From: Methanocaldococcus indicus
Lineage (GTDB): Archaea > AGJL01 > Methanococci > Methanococcales > Methanocaldococcaceae
Direction: 5' to 3'
Assembly (NCBI RefSeq): GCF_049554935.1
Contig: NZ_CP186926.1
Location: forward strand, 960,001-1,024,000
DNA: 64,000 nucleotides
In this document: piece after piece, positions 58,263-64,000 of the stretch
Numbering within the stretch: the first letter of the stretch is position 1
Layout of the letters: every line of letters begins with the position of its first letter
Position numbers and translations under genes: made by a program
The notes under the pieces: model-generated
What the model saw: only the letters and a program-made list of their open reading frames with translations
Database searches by the model: none
Told to the model about the DNA's origin: nothing

Positions 58263-59570
58263 TTAAAGATATTCCTTAACTTTCTTTTTAATTCTTTTTA
58301 ATATTTCTCTGTCTGGTAGTACTCCTTCTGGTGGGTCAATAACTTTCTTTAAATCTAATGGGACTCCATCCATTCTATAAGCGGTTCCATCACACTCTAC
58401 TCCTGCTAATGCAGGAGGTAAAATAATATTTGCCAATTCAGTTGTTGGTGTTTTGTGAGGTTCTATACATATCAATGGTATTTTTGCAATATGTTCTAAA
58501 GCTTTTTGTGGGAAATGAGCTCCTGGGTCAGATGCAATATTTAGCATTGCATCAACTAATCCTCTTGTTAATAAATCTATTGCAGAGGTTTCTCCTGGAT
58601 TATAAACTGGATAACCTTTTGAGAAATCAACAGCATAAGCATATCCTGTTAGCCATGTACAAACTTGGTTGAAGCCATTAACGTTGTAGTGTCCTCTCAT
58701 TGGTGTTAAAATGAATTTAGTATATTTGTTTAAGTCAATAACCAATCTAATAGCATTGTCTATGTTTCTATGCTTACCTCTTGTCATTGTTAGACCCATA
58801 CCAAAGAAGAGAGCCCCATATTGAGCATTTTTACATAATTCAACAGTATCATAGATTAAATCAACTGGAACACCAGCTACTCTATCAACATTTAACTCTA
58901 AACCATTTAATACAGCTCTCATAGCTGCAACTAATTCATAATCTTTGTGCTGTTCAACTTTTAAATGGATGTCTGCAATTCTTGTAGTTGCTGTTTCTCT
59001 TGGGTCTACAACAACTAATGTTCTGTCTTTTCTACCTCTTTCTCTCCAATATCCTCTTGGAAATACTGGATATCTTGACATGTGTCTGGGGTGGGCGTGA
59101 ATTGGATTACATGCCCAATATATAACTAAATCAGCTCTATGGGTAGCCTCAGCTAATGTAGCAACGGGGTATCCTGAGTCCTGAACAGCCAATAATGAAG
59201 GTCCGTGTCATATAGTTGCTGTGTTGTCAATAACAGCTCCTAATAACTCAGCTAACTCTACTCCAACAATTTGTGCATGTGTTTCTGTAGAACTCCAACC
59301 ATATAAAAGAGGTCTTGTAGCTTCTGCCAATATTCTTGCTGTTTCATCTATTGCAGTGTCCCAATCAACTTTTTTAAAATCATCTCTTTTGTCTTCTCTC
59401 ATTAATGGCTCTGTATATCTAACAGCTCCTTCAAAATGCATAAATTTTGCATTTCCTATTCTACATGCATTTCTTGTTCCTACTATATGATTGTTTTCCA
59501 CTAAAATCTCTAGGTCATCACAAAGACAACCACAAAATGGACATACTACATTTTTTACAATTTTAACCAT
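58263..59570 (-). CDS. fwdB: Formylmethanofuran dehydrogenase subunit B, selenocysteine form
   Basis: [10 protein letters not shown]; in-frame TGA at 59210-59208 in DNTATI-U-HGPS (Cys position of the CHGPS motif) joins the two track ORFs. Confidence 0.95.
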
Positions 59571-59776
59571 ATTTGCCACCTTGAATAATTAAATTTTATA
59601 ATATATGTGATGGACTAAACTATTTGGATGTTATTGTATTTATCCTCAATTTTTTTATATATAATTTAGCATTAGCTCCATAAATATATGATATTAGAAT
59701 CTTAAATAATATGCTATAACTATAAATAATCTAAACTATAATTTTAATTGAATAAAATTATGTAATGAGGTTTTAG

Positions 59777-60550
<774 letters not shown>

Positions 60551-60552
60551 TT

Positions 60553-60858
60553 ATGAATCCTAAAAAAGTTTGGAGAGAGTTGTTGGAGATTGCTAAGGAG
60601 TATTATGATGAGGATAAAATTTTTTATTCTAAAACTAAAAGAGGAATTTATAGAATTGAATATTTTAATAAAGATAAAATAGTTATAAAACTATTAAAAG
60701 GAAAAAGTGAAGAAGTTTTAGGAAAAAAGAGATTTTTAGATAATTTTGATAATCTTGTCTATGGAGTTGATTGGAATGTTTCACCTGCAATTAAATCTTT
60801 TTTAAAATTACATCCTAAAATAGAAGAGAAGGATGGAGTTCTAATTCTAAGATATTAA
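60553..60858 (+). CDS. Hypothetical protein
   Basis: Clean ORF coupled to thi4. Confidence 0.7.
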   Translation: MNPKKVWRELLEIAKEYYDEDKIFYSKTKRGIYRIEYFNKDKIVIKLLKGKSEEVLGKKRFLDNFDNLVYGVDWNVSPAIKSFLKLHPKIEEKDGVLILRY

Positions 60859-60995
60859 TTTTTAAATAAATGTTTATGTGCTTTATTAACATGTTTTGTG
60901 TAGCTTTTAGCATTTTTAAATAATCTTCCACATCTTGGGCATCTTAAAAAGGTATCTCCATACTTGTTAGTTATTTTTTCTGCTTTTAATCTCAA
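60855..60995 (-). CDS. Small C2H2 zinc-finger protein (46 aa, not in ORF track)
   Basis: GGTGA RBS, TTG start; [25 protein letters not shown]. Confidence 0.85.
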   Translation of the reverse strand: MRLKAEKITNKYGDTFLRCPRCGRLFKNAKSYTKHVNKAHKHLFKN

Positions 60996-61046
60996 AGTTT
61001 CACCTCCCAACAAATTTTTTTATTATTATATTGTAAATAAATGTTT

Positions 61047-61343
61047 TTATTGTTCATTTAATATTTTGTTTATATCCTCTTCCAACATATGACCTTCAAC
61101 TTTAACCTCAACTTTTTTAACGCCATCTAATGACTTAACAACATCCTTAGCTTGCATTGCCATACCTAAAATACTCATACAGGCTGGATTTGTTGGGATA
61201 ATTTTAAATGATACATTTCCTTCTTCATCAACTTCAACATCCTTAACTAATCCCATATCTACAATACTAATTCCCATGTGTGGGTCAGCTACTTTTTTTA
61301 AAGCATTTATAACCTCATCCTTACTAACCAAATTATTCACCAA
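61047..61343 (-). CDS. DUF59 Fe-S assembly protein
   Basis: LKKVADP..ISIVDMGLV, PTNPAC. Confidence 0.88.
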   Translation of the reverse strand: MVNNLVSKDEVINALKKVADPHMGISIVDMGLVKDVEVDEEGNVSFKIIPTNPACMSILGMAMQAKDVVKSLDGVKKVEVKVEGHMLEEDINKILNEQ

Positions 61344-61356
61344 ATAATAACTAATT

Positions 61357-61746
61357 TTAGTAAATTAATCTTTTATTTACATAAGAGAAGAGACTTTCTA
61401 TATCTCTAATACCACTACCAGTATAAATAAATATCTCTCTCCTAATTTTGGTATTTACTTTTATACCTCTATGTCTAAACTCTTCAACAATAGCTTTAGC
61501 TAAAAGTTTTCCTCTTCTATCAAAATCTGTCATTAAGATAACTTCCTTAATTCTTCTTTTAATCAGTTCATCAGCAATAATATAGACTGGTAGCTTTCCA
61601 ATTATTATATATTCTCCTTCAACTCCTAATTTTTCTAAGCTTTCAACATCTTTTTTACCTTCCACAATTATTGGCTTATCCTCAGCTTCAATTTTTAGCT
61701 CTTCTATAACCTCCAAAAGTTTTTCAAATAGTTCATCTCTCAACAT
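61357..61746 (-). CDS. Small Toprim-domain protein
   Basis: IIVEGKKD, MTDFDRRG. Confidence 0.88.
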   Translation of the reverse strand: MLRDELFEKLLEVIEELKIEAEDKPIIVEGKKDVESLEKLGVEGEYIIIGKLPVYIIADELIKRRIKEVILMTDFDRRGKLLAKAIVEEFRHRGIKVNTKIRREIFIYTGSGIRDIESLFSYVNKRLIY

Positions 61747-61773
61747 ATTTATTTTACACCAAAAAATATTTTT

Positions 61774-63810
61774 TTAATATTTTAATATTGGTTCAAGTAT
61801 TTTGTATTCATCTTTTGCAATATTTTTTAATATCTTTTTTGTTAAAATTTTCTCTTCATTTGATAAATATGGAAACTTCATAGCTAATATATATATAAAT
61901 TCATTTAATAAATCAGGATTTTTTCTACTTATGTAGTGTAGAATCTCTAATGTATATTTTCTTTTATCTGAATTTAAGAATTCTTCTAACATTCTTAGAT
62001 AGTTAGGATATTTTTCTAAAGTTTTATATATAATTTCTAAAATATCATTTTTTTCTCCAAATTTTAGTTCAGATATTAAAATTGGTAAAATTATTGGAGA
62101 TTGATAATTTTTGAAGAACTTTATAATTCTCTTTCTAATGTCTCTATTATTGGATGATAATAGCTCAGCCATCTTAGGAACTAAAAGCTCTAAATCATCA
62201 TTATTTAAGATATTTTCAGAATAAAATCTTTCAATTGCATTTACAAATGCTAAATTTGAATAATATCCATTAGCCAACTCTATAATCTCTCCAAGTTTTT
62301 CAGTTAAATTTAACATAGCATATATATTTATCTTACTTGCATTTAATATGTCTGTATTTTCAATTTTAATATTGTCAATTATATTAAGAACTTTATTTAT
62401 ATATTTATAATCAAGATTTTTTATAAGTTTATCTAAGAAGTATATAAGTTCTCCATTTTTCTTTAATTCATCCAAAAATTTATCTACATCAATTAAATTA
62501 ATATTTTTCTCTCCAATTAAAGATATTGTTACATATAAGTCATAGCCTAACTTTTCTTTTATATTTAAAGATTCATAATGAATATTGTTTTCTAAGCATA
62601 TCTTAGCAATTATTTCCTCAATAAGATTTAAAATTGTATTACATTTTTTTATTTCATCTTCAATATATAGCATATGTCTAAATCCACCTAAGAATTTCTC
62701 TTCTTCCAATTTATCAATATATTTGCTTGTTTTTTTATGCTTTTCTATTAAGAAAGGTAGCATATCTTTGTTACAAAATTCTTTTAATATTCTTAATGAA
62801 GATATATTTATAGTGGGATTTACAGTTTTAGCATGTTTATATGCTCTATTTAATATATAGTCCAACAATTTCTTATCTTCCCTCCCAATCTTCTTTAATT
62901 CATTTATTGCAGCAGTTTTTGCTTTTCCATTTCCAATAGTTAAAAACTTAAATAACAAATCTATTTTAAATTTTGAATTATCTAATAAGGATATTAACTT
63001 AACTCCAACAAATTGAGTATTTTCATCAAAAACATATAAAAATTTTTTTAAAAATCCCTCCTTATAAAATTCAATTGTTATTTTAATTTCTTTTCTTTCA
63101 ATTATTTTTAATGCTCTTTTTTCATCTTTATTTAATAATTCTATTATTTTTTTCTCATCTAACTCAGTATTAATATTTAATTTTTCAAATAATTCACATA
63201 ATTTTTTATACATATATTTAGAGCTATCTCCCAACAATAAAATATCTAAATTTTCTCTAAGATAATTTTTATCCAATTTATCCAAATATTTTAATATAAT
63301 GTTTATAGCTAATTTTCTTTCAGATAGGTCATTAGAATAAAGTTTTTTCAATAAAGCTTTTGTTATTTGATTTGGATATTCATCCAATAGATTTTTAATA
63401 GCTTTATCAAAACTGTCATTATCTTTTAAAAGAGCTTTATAGAATATATTTTCTGGCTTAGCATATAATAAATAATAATAAACAATATATCCAGATTTAT
63501 AGGAAGTTAATTTCAATATTGCTCTTTCATCATTTTCCTCTTTTGTTAATCTTTTAATAGTTGCCAATGATTCTCTATATATAAATTTATTTTTATAGTT
63601 TAGTCCTTCTAAAACATATTTTATATATCTTAAAACAATTTCATCATCCAACCTTTTTAACAAAGTTAGAGCTCTTCTAAAATCATCTATATTGTCTGAT
63701 AAAAATAAGGTTTCTAAATATTTTGAAAGATTTTTATTCTTTTTTATTTCTTTTGCTAATTTGTAGTAATTTCCTGAATATAACAAATTAAAGAATTCAT
63801 ATTCATTCAT
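61774..63810 (-). CDS. HEAT/ARM-like helical repeat protein
   Basis: Recurrent L.S....R..A...L helical units over 678 aa. Confidence 0.7.
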   Translation of the reverse strand: MNEYEFFNLLYSGNYYKLAKEIKKNKNLSKYLETLFLSDNIDDFRRALTLLKRLDDEIVLRYIKYVLEGLNYKNKFIYRESLATIKRLTKEENDERAILKLTSYKSGYIVYYYLLYAKPENIFYKALLKDNDSFDKAIKNLLDEYPNQITKALLKKLYSNDLSERKLAINIILKYLDKLDKNYLRENLDILLLGDSSKYMYKKLCELFEKLNINTELDEKKIIELLNKDEKRALKIIERKEIKITIEFYKEGFLKKFLYVFDENTQFVGVKLISLLDNSKFKIDLLFKFLTIGNGKAKTAAINELKKIGREDKKLLDYILNRAYKHAKTVNPTINISSLRILKEFCNKDMLPFLIEKHKKTSKYIDKLEEEKFLGGFRHMLYIEDEIKKCNTILNLIEEIIAKICLENNIHYESLNIKEKLGYDLYVTISLIGEKNINLIDVDKFLDELKKNGELIYFLDKLIKNLDYKYINKVLNIIDNIKIENTDILNASKINIYAMLNLTEKLGEIIELANGYYSNLAFVNAIERFYSENILNNDDLELLVPKMAELLSSNNRDIRKRIIKFFKNYQSPIILPILISELKFGEKNDILEIIYKTLEKYPNYLRMLEEFLNSDKRKYTLEILHYISRKNPDLLNEFIYILAMKFPYLSNEEKILTKKILKNIAKDEYKILEPILKY

Positions 63811-63818
63811 AAAAATCC

Positions 63819-64000
63819 CTATATTTTGTAAATATATTTATTTTTGGAATATTCTTCTTTAATTAAACCACAAAAAACTAACTTATATAGCTCTTCATTA
63901 AATTCTTTTGTTGTTAATCCAGAATCTTTTGCTAATTCTAAAAATCTACCTTTTCCTTCAATAATTTTGAATTCATTAATTATTCTTAATACTTCACTTG
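63819..64000 (-). CDS. C-terminal fragment of a hypothetical protein, cut by window edge
   Basis: ..SEVLRIINEF..FNEELYKLVFCGLIKEE..KI stop. Confidence 0.6.
   Translation of the reverse strand, partial: SEVLRIINEFKIIEGKGRFLELAKDSGLTTKEFNEELYKLVFCGLIKEEYSKNKYIYKI

Noticed and set aside
58263-59579. fwdB as a split gene or pseudogene
   Set aside because: The single in-frame TGA sits at the catalytic Cys/Sec position; this is standard Sec recoding

Overview
AT-rich archaeal chromosomal window, by gene content a hyperthermophilic selenocysteine-using Methanocaldococcus-like methanogen. It holds a type I-B (Cst-like) cas operon (cas8-7-5-3-4-1, inverted cas2), two CRISPR loci with ~385-bp homologous leaders, and housekeeping/methanogen genes (HMG-CoA synthase/thiolase/DUF35, amt-glnK, L1-L10-L12, smc, porCDAB, split selU, hcgA, sufCB, Sec-containing fwdB). 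Top observation: a stand-alone GC-rich minus-strand RNA at ~18125-18235 ends in a canonical archaeal SECIS hairpin, and its 5' part is tiled with segments complementary to the fwdB mRNA 41 kb away, including 16/16 nt at +27..+42 after the Sec UGA. fwdB itself shows no flanking SECIS, so this is a candidate trans-acting guide-SECIS RNA. Second: fossils of aberrant spacer integration, namely an ectopic repeat-spacer-repeat at the cas4/cas1 junction whose insert overlaps a real spacer and reveals a CCT PAM, and a 13-bp off-register integration in array 1 matching a 13-bp leader duplication. All calls are by eye from the sequence and ORF track; no searches were run.
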